In this document: piece after piece, positions 11,597-22,020 of the stretch
Position numbering within the stretch: position 1 is the first letter of the stretch
Layout of the letters: each line of letters opens with the position of its first letter
NCBI GenBank assembly: GCA_000182565.2
Contig: KQ257458.1
DNA from: Spizellomyces punctatus DAOM BR117
Lineage: Eukaryota
Length of the DNA stretch: 33,158 bases
Reading direction: 5' to 3' (one strand)
Notes under the pieces: generated by a model
Databases searched by the model: none
Seen by the model: the letters and a program-made list of their open reading frames with translations, nothing else
Told to the model about the DNA's origin: nothing
Position numbers and translations under genes: made by a program

Positions 11597-12018
11597 CATC
11601 TTCCTCCCACTCTCCCACAAACTCTTCTTCATCCCTTAATAACCCTCGTAGCTCTTCTACACGGCCTTCTAGATCCCTCCATATTCTTAATCGCTGGGTA
11701 ATGAGGTTGGAGAGAACTTGTACGTAGGTATCTATATCTCCATTTGGCTGTGTTACGGTCGAGATTAGGTGGTTGGTGCATGTCCCATTGTTGAGTTGAA
11801 TTATTGTGTATATTTGTTTCTATTTACTCGTTCTGATTCCCCGCGTCATCTTGTTCCCACTCTCCCACAAACTCTTCTTCATCCCTTAATAACCCTCGTA
11901 ACTCTTCTACACGGCCTTCTAGATCCCTCCATATTCTTAATCGCTGGGTAATCAGATTGGAGAGACCTTGTACGTAGGTGTCTATATCTCCATTTGGCTG
12001 TGTTACGGTCGAGATTAG
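11597..12018. repeat. ~170-bp direct duplication of the kinesin 3' coding end (11597-11768 vs 11847-12018)
   Basis: Near-identical copies offset by 250 bp. Confidence 0.95.
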
Positions 12019-14071
12019 AGTGTGGTCGATCCGAGTTAGGGAGGCATTGAGTGCCATTGCCGAGAGATGGCATTGGAGGAGGGATTCGTGGGTTGTTAGA
12101 ATGTGGGTTATGGATGTGATGTGGTGGGAGGTGGGTGGAGGTGTTGCGCGGAGGAGGTGGGCGAGGTCGGGGTTTGTGTGTATTGTGGGCGAGGGGGAGG
12201 GAGAGGGGAGGGAGGGTTGAAGGGGGGTTGTGAGGACAGGGGGTGGGATGGTGGGAAAGGAGGGTAAAGTAGGGAGATGGTCATCAACGTGATCCCATTC
12301 CTCTTCATCATCGTTATCGTCTTGCTCGTCTCCTTCTTGTTTATCTTCTGGTTCCTCTTCTCTATCTACACCAACAGATCGCCCTCGATCTTCGCCACCA
12401 CCACCCCCTTTCCTCCGCAACTCTTTAACCCGATCAGCATACCTCAACGTATTCAACGAATGATCCACCGAATTCGACCCAGGACTCACAGTAGCAATCA
12501 TGACAGTCTGCGATCTAGCCCCAACAAACGAATCCCTCAAAATCTGCGTCAATTTCGAAGCCCGAAACGGTATATGCTGTTTCATCGACTGTGATGAACG
12601 AGACCGATAAAGAGCTCGTATACATTCTTTTAAAGCCAATAAGGATTTATTAATCTCGGCACCTTCGAATCGTTCCCGTTTGCCTACATTGCCCCGTTCC
12701 ACACCGCGTTCACTCCCTGCTAAATCCACCACTGAAAACTTTCCAATCACTTTATGGTTTTTGCGTAACCGGATTTGAAATACGGCGTGTGAGCGGGATG
12801 AATCTGGGTTCGCTTCTGTTGATCCCGTTGTTCGAGTGTTTGTCCCCATTTTAACAAGGTCCAGTAAATGTTTTAGAGTTGTTACTGGTATTTCTTTTAA
12901 GCCTTGTATACGGACCATTCCGTGGGCGTCTTCTAGGAGGTGGACGCGGGTTCGAGAGGAGAGGAGGTCATATGCTTGTCCACTGTAGATTTCGAAAAAA
13001 CAAATGTGGAGAGAAAGGCTATGAGAGTCGGGGTGGGTTGTGTAGTGTTGGAAAATGTCTCGACAGGCGTATTCGTATAATCCGATTGTGTCCTCCCCGT
13101 TTCCAAAGACTGTATGTGTTTTTCCACTACCTTTAAAAGATTCGAATCATATTGTTAATTCACATAACCTGCCTCAGAAGCAAGCTAGTAAAGGAGTTTT
13201 GGCTTACCAGTCTGCCCATACGCAAATACCGTCCCTCTACCCCCATCAAACATACTCTTGACCATCCCCAAAACCGTCCGCTCATACACACCCCGATTCC
13301 CAACAAACTCATCAAATACACCATCAAATGCAAAGGAATGGGTTTCAATCGTTTTTGTCAGGTCCATTCGGGTTTTGGGTTCGTGTAGGTGCAGTGTTGT
13401 CTTTGTGGGTGTTAATGTGTCGAATAGGGTTGATATTCCTTGTTCTAACACCCGCAAACAAAATGAGCAAGTGGCGGTATTGGACCTTTTAGGTTAAATG
13501 ATTCTCACCTCGATAATTTAATGGTCGTTTACGAACAAACACTCTTATCCTCGCATCCCCCTTCTCACAAACCACTTCATCTTTATCCACATTATCCCGA
13601 AATACCTGAATGGCCCGTTTGAATCCCATTATGTCTCGTTCGGAACTATCCAGACCGGCTTGAGCGGCTCGAAGTTCGTTTTGGTGGGTGCGTCGGTGTG
13701 TGCGGGCTTGTGCGAGGTTTTGGATTGTTAAGAGGGTTTTGGATTTTGGTGGGAGGGCTTTTGGTGGTGTGCTCTGTGGTTGGGTTTGGGTGTGAGGTGG
13801 CGTGTGTGGGGGTTCTTGGGTTGGTTCGGGTGGGGTGGGATCAATGGGTTTAAGAGGCATGGAATGCATACTTGCTGCATTTGCATTCCGGTCTTGCATC
13901 TGTTGTCGAATACGTGCTTGTCTCGCCAACGACGCCTAAACATCCTTTTTAGCTCTTTTTTTTGGTTGGCTTGGGGTTTGGACGAACCTCTCACGAATGA
14001 AAACGCACCTGTACAAACGCAGCTGGGGGCTTAAATGCACCCATTTCATCACTATGAAGTTCTTCTTCCAT
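11824..14071 (-). CDS. Kinesin-13 family (KIF2/MCAK/KIF24-like) microtubule depolymerase, 4 exons, 677 aa
   Basis: Exons 14071-14009, 13935-13509, 13444-13208, 13130-11824 join in frame. Internal motor: IRVFVRKRPLN, loop-2 HEPKTRMDLTK, AYGQTG/SGKT, NPDSSRSHA, DLAGSERG, INKSLLALKECIRAL (KEC motif), HIPFRASKLTQILRDSF. Confidence 0.93.
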
Positions 14072-14850
14072 TTTGTATGTTTTGTGTGGGGTAATATCTC
14101 GTCTAGTACGAACAGTGTTGTGTGTGCACATTTCGGTGGGTGTGATTCAGTACCCTTTATTGATGATGTGAGTTTGGTATAACGTAAACAGTGCTTAGCT
14201 ATGCGTTTACCACATATTGCACATACGAGTGGATTTTAAATACTACTTACCATAGGAGCGTAGATGCATTTAAAGGCACATTCGTACAAAAGTAGAGTAC
14301 ATCCATCCAAGAACCCTCTCCAAATACAAAAATCCTAAATTTGGAACAACTTGAACATTCTGGGGAAGAATGCATACGTCAAAAACCAGATCTGGATCAA
14401 GTTTTTGCAGAGTGGAAGGGGATTTTGTCGAATGGATGATGAACCGATCCGAAATTAATGGGATTCGTTTTGAGTGTAAAACTAAATCGCATTCGTACCC
14501 GTACACACTGTTACGAGTTATGGTGGAATTTGGGGGTTTACTTACTGTTGTATTGGATGTTCATAGTCTACCAGCGTGACATACCAACACCGCAGATTTC
14601 AGAAGCCATCCCACAAAGTTGTACAGTTATAGCAGTCCCCTGCCTATATATACGACGAGTTGGGGTTTGCTGAAGCTTTCAATCACTAACAAAAGTTCAA
14701 GCAAAAATCTTTTGGGACCGGGCGTGAAACTATATTCCAACTCTTTTACCGAACCCCGAATTTGAGGCCGCCGGGTCCAAACAAACCTCAAACCTCAATC
14801 GAACTATATGGGTTGATGCAACTCTGCAAAGTCATTGCTCTAGGTCGCTC

Positions 14851-15077
14851 GAGGACGTGTTACAGCTAAGGTTTAATGCCTGTGTAAGTCTTGTAACAAT
14901 CTTTTTCGTTCTTTGCTAAATTGTACTTGTATGGCTTATATGGTAGATTTGGTCTTGGACGAAAAAGACAGATCCGTTGAGGACTGTGTGCAGTTGAAGT
15001 TTAATGCATATCTAAGTCTTTCAACAATCTTTTCGTTCTTTGCTCAACTATACTTAAATAGCTTCTATGGTATATTT
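14851..15077. repeat. Degenerate tandem duplication, period ~128 bp
   Basis: GAGGAC...TTTAATGC...AAGTCTT..AACAATCTTTT.CGTTCTTTGCT...TATGGTA.ATTT at ~14851-14950 and ~14979-15077. Confidence 0.75.
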
Positions 15078-15978
15078 GCTTCAACGCTAGATAATTTGCA
15101 TATTTAGTGCAGATAGACTTACTGTATAGTAACAGAATATATTTTGGTGTACTTTGTGACATCGACTACATGTCCCGAACCGTATTGTATATAAATGGAC
15201 GACGGGGGTTTCCCACGGTTTAGCTAAAGATTGATTACCAAGATGAAGAACAATGCCTTGCGAGAAACTGGGCCATTTTTTTTTTACGGACACTGGCCAA
15301 CAAACGTTGGATAGTTTTCTGAATTGGTACAAATGAAAATGGGTAGGAACTATATGCGACTGTTCGTTTTTTTTTATCCTGCTAACGAGTAGCGTGGCAC
15401 TACAATCACCGCAAGTTGCCCAGATGACAGCACGTTTTAGCATTCTGCCAAAAATTATTTTTGACTAGGACGCAAATACTATTTGGGTGTCGGCTGGTAG
15501 CAAAAACCGTCAATGACGTAAAACCCAAAAACGAGGAGAAGCAAACCATCTTGACTCGACCTATTTTTGTTCAGCTCACGAATACACTCAACGTTTGTCA
15601 AACCAGTGTCGAACTTGTAATGGGTTGGTATAATGAAATCAAACATGGCAGCTGAGCGAAACGCAAGACCAAGTAGTTTCTTGACTCGGATGAGACAGTG
15701 CTATTTGCCCCGAAACCTACGCGGTTGGGCTTCCCTTAGTAAACTACAGAAATCGGCTCTTACATCATGATTGCTCTGGATGCAGGTCATCAGCATTAAC
15801 CAGCCCTAATTACATTTGGATCGACTATCACGAAAAATCGTAAAAATTAGGAAACTACACATATAATGAAAAATAACAAAGGATTATTATTCTTCAAATT
15901 AGTTTGATTGCATTTTGTTGCCGGTAAATTAAAACTGCGTAGTACATTATATAATTTGAATTGTAAAGTTTATCCTTT

Positions 15979-16068
15979 ACCAAAAGCGCATGGTAGTGCG
16001 GAGCCGATGGGTATTGGCACTAGCACCCGCACCAGGAATTGAACCGGCGACAACCAGTTCGGATAAGC
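15979..16068 (-). ncRNA. Fanzor omegaRNA (scaffold 16068-15994 plus flank-derived guide from 15993)
   Basis: Minus strand GCTTATCCGAACTGGTTGTCGCCGGTTCAATTCCTGGTGCGGGTGCTAGTGCCAATACCCATCGGCTCCGCACTA|CCATGCGCTTTTGGT, starting 13 nt after the Fanzor stop; stems GAACTGG/CCGGTTC and GTGCGG/CCGCAC. Resembles the SpuFz1 scaffold as I recall it. Exact ends are inferred. Confidence 0.85.
15994..16023. repeat. Terminal inverted repeat (omegaRNA end)
   Basis: TAGTGCGGAGCCGATGGGTATTGGCACTAG, exact reverse complement of 31886-31915. Confidence 0.97.
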
Positions 16069-16081
16069 TAATCTAACCAAT

Positions 16082-16233
16082 CTACGCTACGGCTGGAACA
16101 CCCCTGCTGAACACCTCTGGTCTACCGTGCCCATCCAACATTGATTGCACGATTGTCAGCATATTACAGGTTGCCAGCATATCTCGGTTCCAGTAGCGCA
16201 TCGTCCAGGCTTGCTGCAAACAGTTAGGGTTGG
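16082..16233 (-). pseudogene. Fz1: Fanzor1 C-terminal fragment (end of Zn-finger region and RuvC-III)
   Basis: Not in the ORF track. Reads NPNCLQQAWTMRYWNRDMLATCNMLTIVQSMLDGHGRPEVFSRGVPAVA*; WNRD...N is the TnpB/Fanzor RuvC-III motif and ...GRP..F.R is the typical Fanzor1 tail. Confidence 0.9.
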
Positions 16234-16805
16234 TGTAACGGATTTTTTGTTGGTAGACTACGGTAAAGACAACTTGGGTCTCCTAGCAGGTTGTGTGGGT
16301 GTCCGTACTAGGAATCGTAGTCTCCAAATCCTTTCTTTGGGCGTCGGTAGCGACTTGAGGGCGAGAGGCAAGGAGAGTCGGTTAGTTGTGAACCGAGCAG
16401 GATTTAGAGGCTTCAGTGTGGGTGATCAGGCCGTTGAAGCACTCTGTTAGGTTCCTGTTAACCTAGGATTGGGGTTGAGAAGCTAGTTGTGGGGATTCTT
16501 TGTCACTACGGCTTCTGGCCGCCGACTTATTTTATTGAATTCCTCTTTTTATACAAGAATATGCTATGGTAACATCTACACTAGTTTCCGTAGCCTTCAT
16601 TAGGGTGGCGGCGTCCGATCTTCCCATCTCAGACCATCGCCATGATCGATCATGGCTGCGTAACGTATCCTTCACACTGCGCTGGTGTAGCCCAGAACCG
16701 AGCTTGATCTTAGGGGTTTTGAAGCTTAGGTTACAATTGCGGAAACCTCAATCGTGGTCACCTGATGCCTTTGAGCGAACCGGTTTATCAGAGTCGTTCA
16801 CTACA
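16234..16805 (-). repeat. 3' LTR of element 1 (type A)
   Basis: TGTAAC...CTACA termini; near-identical to 30916-31487; PPT adjacent. Confidence 0.95.
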
Positions 16806-16813
16806 TCCCCCCT
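16806..16813 (-). other. Polypurine tract
   Basis: AAGGGGGA immediately precedes the TG of the 3' LTR on the minus strand. Confidence 0.8.
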
Positions 16814-16862
16814 TCGAAAAAGAAGGTTCGGCGACTCGTCTGTGAGTGCCCGAACCTCGCTT

Positions 16863-18159
16863 CTACCATGACGCAACTGGATAGTCGTCGTCAGCTTCAA
16901 GGCTGTCTTCGTTGATCGTCCAGATTATGGTAGTGCACCCCATGACGTTCGCGCAGAACCAAATTTGGTCAGTGGCTTCTGGAGCCGGGGCTCCAGGTGT
17001 CCTGGAACCGTTGGCTCGGGTTACGTAGAGGGCTGTGAACGTCTCTGTGGCCCTTTTCAAGTTAACCGCTCGAAAGTGGTAATAGGCATGCTCCCAATGT
17101 TTGGGATGGAGCTGCTCTTCTGTGGTTTCAGCTGCATTGGCTAGCTTTAACAACACTGCTCTCGTGGCTTCGATGGCTATGTCCACAAAATCGTGGGCCT
17201 CGCAATCGGGCCAGAGGGTGAAGCGGGCCATTTTGGGGTTTCCGGCCGCATGTTGAGGGACCCCAGCGTCAAGCCAGGCAGCGCAGGGTACGTCCTGTAA
17301 TCTCTTGCCTATCTTTTTTGCATCAGTGATGATACCGACAGCAGCTTGACCGCCGTCGGAAGCCCTACTGTAGGGCTCCGCGATATGCATCGTGAGGGGC
17401 TGGCTCATGGCGTAAGGTTTCGAAGCCCCGTCAACCACCCAATCTTCACCACGATAGTGTTCAAGGGTTTTGTTTGGGTCTTTGTACAACTCATGAATCC
17501 AAACTTTGACCCAGGTGGCCATGGCTGCTCCGAGCCGCTCGATAGAGTTCTTGGCAGCGAAGGCATCGCTTACTTCTGACCAGGGATAGCCTTCCTCAAG
17601 GGTAGAGAGGATGCTGACTCCTTGTTGTCCTCGGATATTGGTGGTCATGGTGTTGGAAACGAAAGCTTTTGTTTCGGTGTCGATAGAAAGGGTTTGCGAA
17701 GCAGAGTGAGTGTGTAAGGGAAGTAGTTTGTTGGTAGTTGAAGAAGAAAAAAGAGGGGGGGCGAGCAGGGGCGCCCTTTTAAGGTTGTCGCCGGCTGATT
17801 TTGACAGCTCGGATGTGCGTAAGCGTGATCGGGAGGCTTGGTGTGGCGTTCTTGACTGGTGAGGTAAGCCACGCGAAACTGGTTTTCTTTCTGGTGAGAG
17901 GGCGTGATTATCACGTGAGCTATCATCCGGATAAACCGCGAAGCATTGGTGGTCGGAAGTGTAAGCCGTATCTTCCGGGGCGTCGCCTGCAAGGCTGACT
18001 ACCAAAGAGTCCTCTACTAGCGCGCTAGTGGGGGCTCTGGATCTCCAGTACTCTTCTAAGGCTTCGGAAGCCTCTGTTAGGGCTTCCTCTGGTTCCCAGG
18101 TATCCTCATGGGGTGGGTATCCAGACCAACGTATTCGAAATTGACGTTTTCCGCGCCTG
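16863..18159 (-). CDS. Distal part of element 1 pol: second half of chromodomain, linker and in-frame unknown domain (possible separate 261-aa ORF from ATG 17648)
   Basis: RRGKRQFRIRWSGYPPHEDTWEPEEAL continues GEFEVEAIVDHRT from 24575; frame is open to TAG at 16863, 50 bp before the PPT. Confidence 0.8.
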
Positions 18160-18759
18160 TGTAACGATGAGGACGTCTTCGAGAGATCGCGAGTAAGCCC
18201 AAATCGGACGCGGGAAGCACGAATCGCGTGACCAACTCCACCGATTGGGTTACCGCGACCGAAAGAACCGGTTCGGAGAATGGCAATTGGCGCATTAGAT
18301 TTCAGCGTGCCTCGTACAACCTGTGGAGGCCCGAGCCAGTGCGGAAAAGGAAGAGATCGGTACCGCCACCAATAAATCAGTTGCGGTGCAGCGACACCCA
18401 TTAGTTTAGTTTAGTTTAACAGTTTATCCAAGAATCTTGTATAAAAAGGATGTATTCAATAAAATAAGTCGGGGGCAGAAGCCGTAGCGACAAAAAATCC
18501 CCACAACTAGCTTCTCAACCCCAATCCTAGGTTAACAGGAACCTAACAGAGCGCTTCAATGGCCTGATCACCCGCACTGAAGCCTCTAAATCCTGCTCGG
18601 TTCACAACTAACTGACTCTCCTTGCCTCTCGCCCTCAAGTCGCTACCGATGCCCAAAGAAAGGATTTGGAGACTACGATTCCTAGTACGGACACCCACAC
18701 AACCTGCTAGGAGACCCAAGTTGTCTTTACCGTAGTCTACCAACAAAAAATCCGCTACA
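18160..18759 (+). repeat. 5' LTR of element 2 (type B, different U3)
   Basis: 600 bp, TG...CA, followed by PBS; from ~18436 (TCTTGTATAAAA) onward it matches type A LTR, upstream it does not. Confidence 0.88.
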
Positions 18760-18774
18760 TGGTGGAGAAGCGCG
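18760..18774 (+). other. Primer-binding site (probably tRNA-Ala)
   Basis: TGGTGGAGAAGCGCG directly after the LTR CA; complementary to a ...CUCCACCA tRNA 3' end. The tRNA identity is inferred. Confidence 0.75.
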
Positions 18775-18913
18775 ACGAACTGCCTTCCCCTCTCAAATTC
18801 AGCTGAAAACCTTATTTGGTCGTACCGAAACTCTTGCGCAAACCGAGATCTGCTCAGGTAGCTACTCGGAAACCTTTTCTCTCGTTTCGGAAACAGACTT
18901 CATGAAACCGAGA

Positions 18914-21718
18914 ATGATGCCGGTTGAACGCTCTCCAACGCGAGGCCGCTCACATGTGATCCAGACTCGTAGTCAGGGTCCTGCGGAGGACGTCAAAGTC
19001 CCTCCCGCAACACGCCCAAGGCGTTCAGGGACCACTTCCGTTGAACCGGAAGCCCCTAACTTGGCCACGATGGCCTCTGAAGTGGCAGCGTTAAAAGAAG
19101 ACATTGCCCACTCGACTGCTGCAATGCAGTTGGCAACTCAAAATCTTACGGAACAGCTTCATAGGCTTTCCGAACGTCAGACAGCGGCGGATGAGCGCCT
19201 CGCACGAGCCTTAGAAGCCCTAGCGCATCACCCGCTGCCTGAACAACCTCTCATAGCATGAGCTACAAGAGAACGGTCCGCAACCCCGTGGGAAACGTCG
19301 GACACACCAAGGGAGCATACCGAACCAAGTTTTTCAGGTCCGGTGCCTCCAATCCAAGTGCCAGCGGCCCCGTGGGCCAGCGACACCAAGGTCGATTCCT
19401 TGAAAGCAAAGGACGTACCCGAGTTTACGGGCAAAAGAAACCAAGACGTTGAAGAATGGCTCAACAAAGTCCAACTTCTTCAAAACGTTAGCGCAACGTC
19501 GGATGCCAGGATGGTACAGCTCCTACCAGCCATGATAGCCGAGAAAACCCCTGCCAACGCTTGGTTTTACACTCTGGAAGCCCAGGAAACTTGCTCGTGG
19601 ACCTGGAAAAGGTGGAAAGAAGAACTGCTTCGAGAGTTCCGAGATCCCCTAACCAAGTCCAAGCGCAAAACCGAATATGTGCGCTGCCACGCGAACCCCA
19701 AAGAATTTCGCAGCTTTCTCGTGTTCATTGACCACAAAACTCATCTCTGGCGCCTCGCATACGGCGACCGGGCAAACATAGAATGTCCCGCTGACCAGCA
19801 TTTCGACCTAATAGTCGAACAATTGCCCAGCGACATCCAAATCATGGTCAAATCCTGTAACGTCATGAACCTGACCAAATTAAAAGACTTCCTGCGCCTT
19901 TATTTTGGCTCTGATGACACCAGAAAACGAGACCCTTGCTACAGCGGTGCTGCTGAAGCTCAGAAGAAGTCACAAAAGACCGGAATCGACAAAGGCCCTA
20001 AGCAGACGGCTCAACATAAAACCAGAAACCCCGAAAAGGGTCGCGACGGCCCTCAGAAGATGGTTCCGGACCCCAACACGGAACCACCGGCACCCTGCAA
20101 ATTCTGTCAGAAAAAGCATTGGAATGTTTTCTGCTGGCAGAACCCGAACCGAAAAGATCCTGAAGATGGAAAGAAGGGACCATACGGAGCACCCATGCCC
20201 GCAGGTTGGAAACCCAAACAGGAGTCCAAGAAGTCGTACATAGTGGAGCTGGACTCGATGTCCGCTACCACCGAGACTCTTTTTTCGGCTTCGGAACTGG
20301 AAAGAACGGAAGCCGCTAATCAAGGATTCCACACCATCGGATTCTTTCATTCACCCGAGCACTCGGAATCAACAATTTTGATGACCGCACCTCTTTCCGA
20401 GGTCACGGTGACCAAGGAAGAGGACCCCCGCACGCCCACGCAGGGCTGGGACCAAGTCTGGGACAACATAGCCATCATCTGGGGCACCCCGCAAGTGGCT
20501 CTGATGATGGGCAACAACCCCCGCGCGCTCAGCTTCTTCGCCAAAGAACCGAAGCGAGGCGCCGGGCACCTCGGGAACGACCCCTACGCAGTCGCGTGGA
20601 GTTCCCACCACCTCTACATCGCTGCCGCAGCCGAAGCTGACAAGGATCGAATCCTGCGAAAAGTCTGAGAAGACGGTACCCCTCGTTTGATCCTCCTTGC
20701 CTGGATAAGGCTCGACGAGCGTGAGAAATTCTTGATGTGGAGCTCCGAAGATCCTGTTATCTTTGATTCTTACGCCAACCTGCAACTGGTGGCATTTCTC
20801 CTGACAGGCAATATCGTTCGCTCAGACTATTATTATCGTCGCGGAAACCCCAAATTTCTGCACGTTAAAGACCATCCACGTCTCCAAAGACACGAAGAGA
20901 GCGAATGGACGTGTATAGTCATGCTGGCTATCGAACAAGTTGCTCGCCAGAATAAAACAACAAAACCACAAAACGACAAATCTAGAGAGCACTTTGAGAG
21001 TGCAATCAAGGCTACGGAAGCAACAATTAATGACATCGCGCCCCATTTCGAGGTCGCGGTGCCTTCCATCAACGCCTTCTACTCGGTAGATTTAGGCGAT
21101 GTACTCAAAAGCCAGACCAAGACCCAAACGCAGCCTTGCTGGACGCTAGCCGTCATCGCTCAGCTCTGGGCACCTGTGGTGCTAGACACAGGAGCCTGCA
21201 AGTCTCTGGTTTCCGACACGTACCAGGGCCTTCTGTTCTCCGAAACCGATTTGCAGGATGCGGAAACGATGGCTTTCAAAGGCATTGGTGGACGTATCTC
21301 ATCTACCAAGACAGTATGCCTCGAAACTTCCCTCAGAGGCCGCGGAGGAGAATACCTGACTTTCCGCGCCTATTTCCGAGTCATTGCATACGGGAAACCT
21401 CTCATCATCCTAGCCAACGACATTCTGGGACATTTGAAACTCCAAACCTTGGTTCAGGAACCCCCGTTACCCAGTTTCGCGGTGACGCTCAAGAATCCGG
21501 ACATCCTTATCCCTTGCTCCATAACGGATGAGCTGGACACCGATCACATGCGCGGCACGCCATACAAGACCAAGCAGGGTGAATTCATGAAGGATGTGTC
21601 AATGCCACGGCTGACCAAAGCCAAAGCTCAGAAGTCTAGATTAACCATGTTAATCACGGGACAGACGCGCGTGGCAGCCCAAACTTTTCTCATCGAAAAC
21701 CCTCTTGAGGCCACCGCT
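18914..21718 (+). pseudogene. gag-protease of element 2, truncated before RT
   Basis: Near-identical to 30761-27958; CGA>TGA stops at 19259 and 20666; capsid-like VPEFTG...WL, CKFCQKKHWNVFC knuckle, VLDTGA protease. Confidence 0.92.
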
Positions 21719-22020
21719 TGCTGCAAGTGGTCACAGAACGGCGCAGAACGGAAGCTCTTGCTACATGTTCTCCCTACATAGCATTTTTATGAGAAAAAGG
21801 GGGGGACACAAAATACACTCCATGATTTTTGGGAAAAAAGCTGTATAAATTTGGTTCAATTGATGAAAAAGATAGAACTAAATAGAAATATCGACATGCC
21901 TGAGCCGGCATTGGCACTCCGTGCCGGCATGTTTAAATGGCCTCGTTGGTTTCCTGCTGAAAAACTGGTTGCATATTTCATGTAGGCAACTCAGGCGTCA
22001 GAACTCATCCCATCTCAACA

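Noticed and set aside
14270-14680. Several 70-78 aa ORFs upstream of the kinesin
   Set aside because: No motifs and no consistent exon structure.
16145-16871. Recurrent small ORFs (LVDYGKDNLGLLAG..., AASDLPISDHRH...)
   Set aside because: Translations of LTR sequence, repeated only because the LTR is repeated.
18160-18401. First ~80 aa of the 512-aa ORF 16863-18401
   Set aside because: Antisense read-through of the inserted type B LTR; the true upstream sequence is at 24575.
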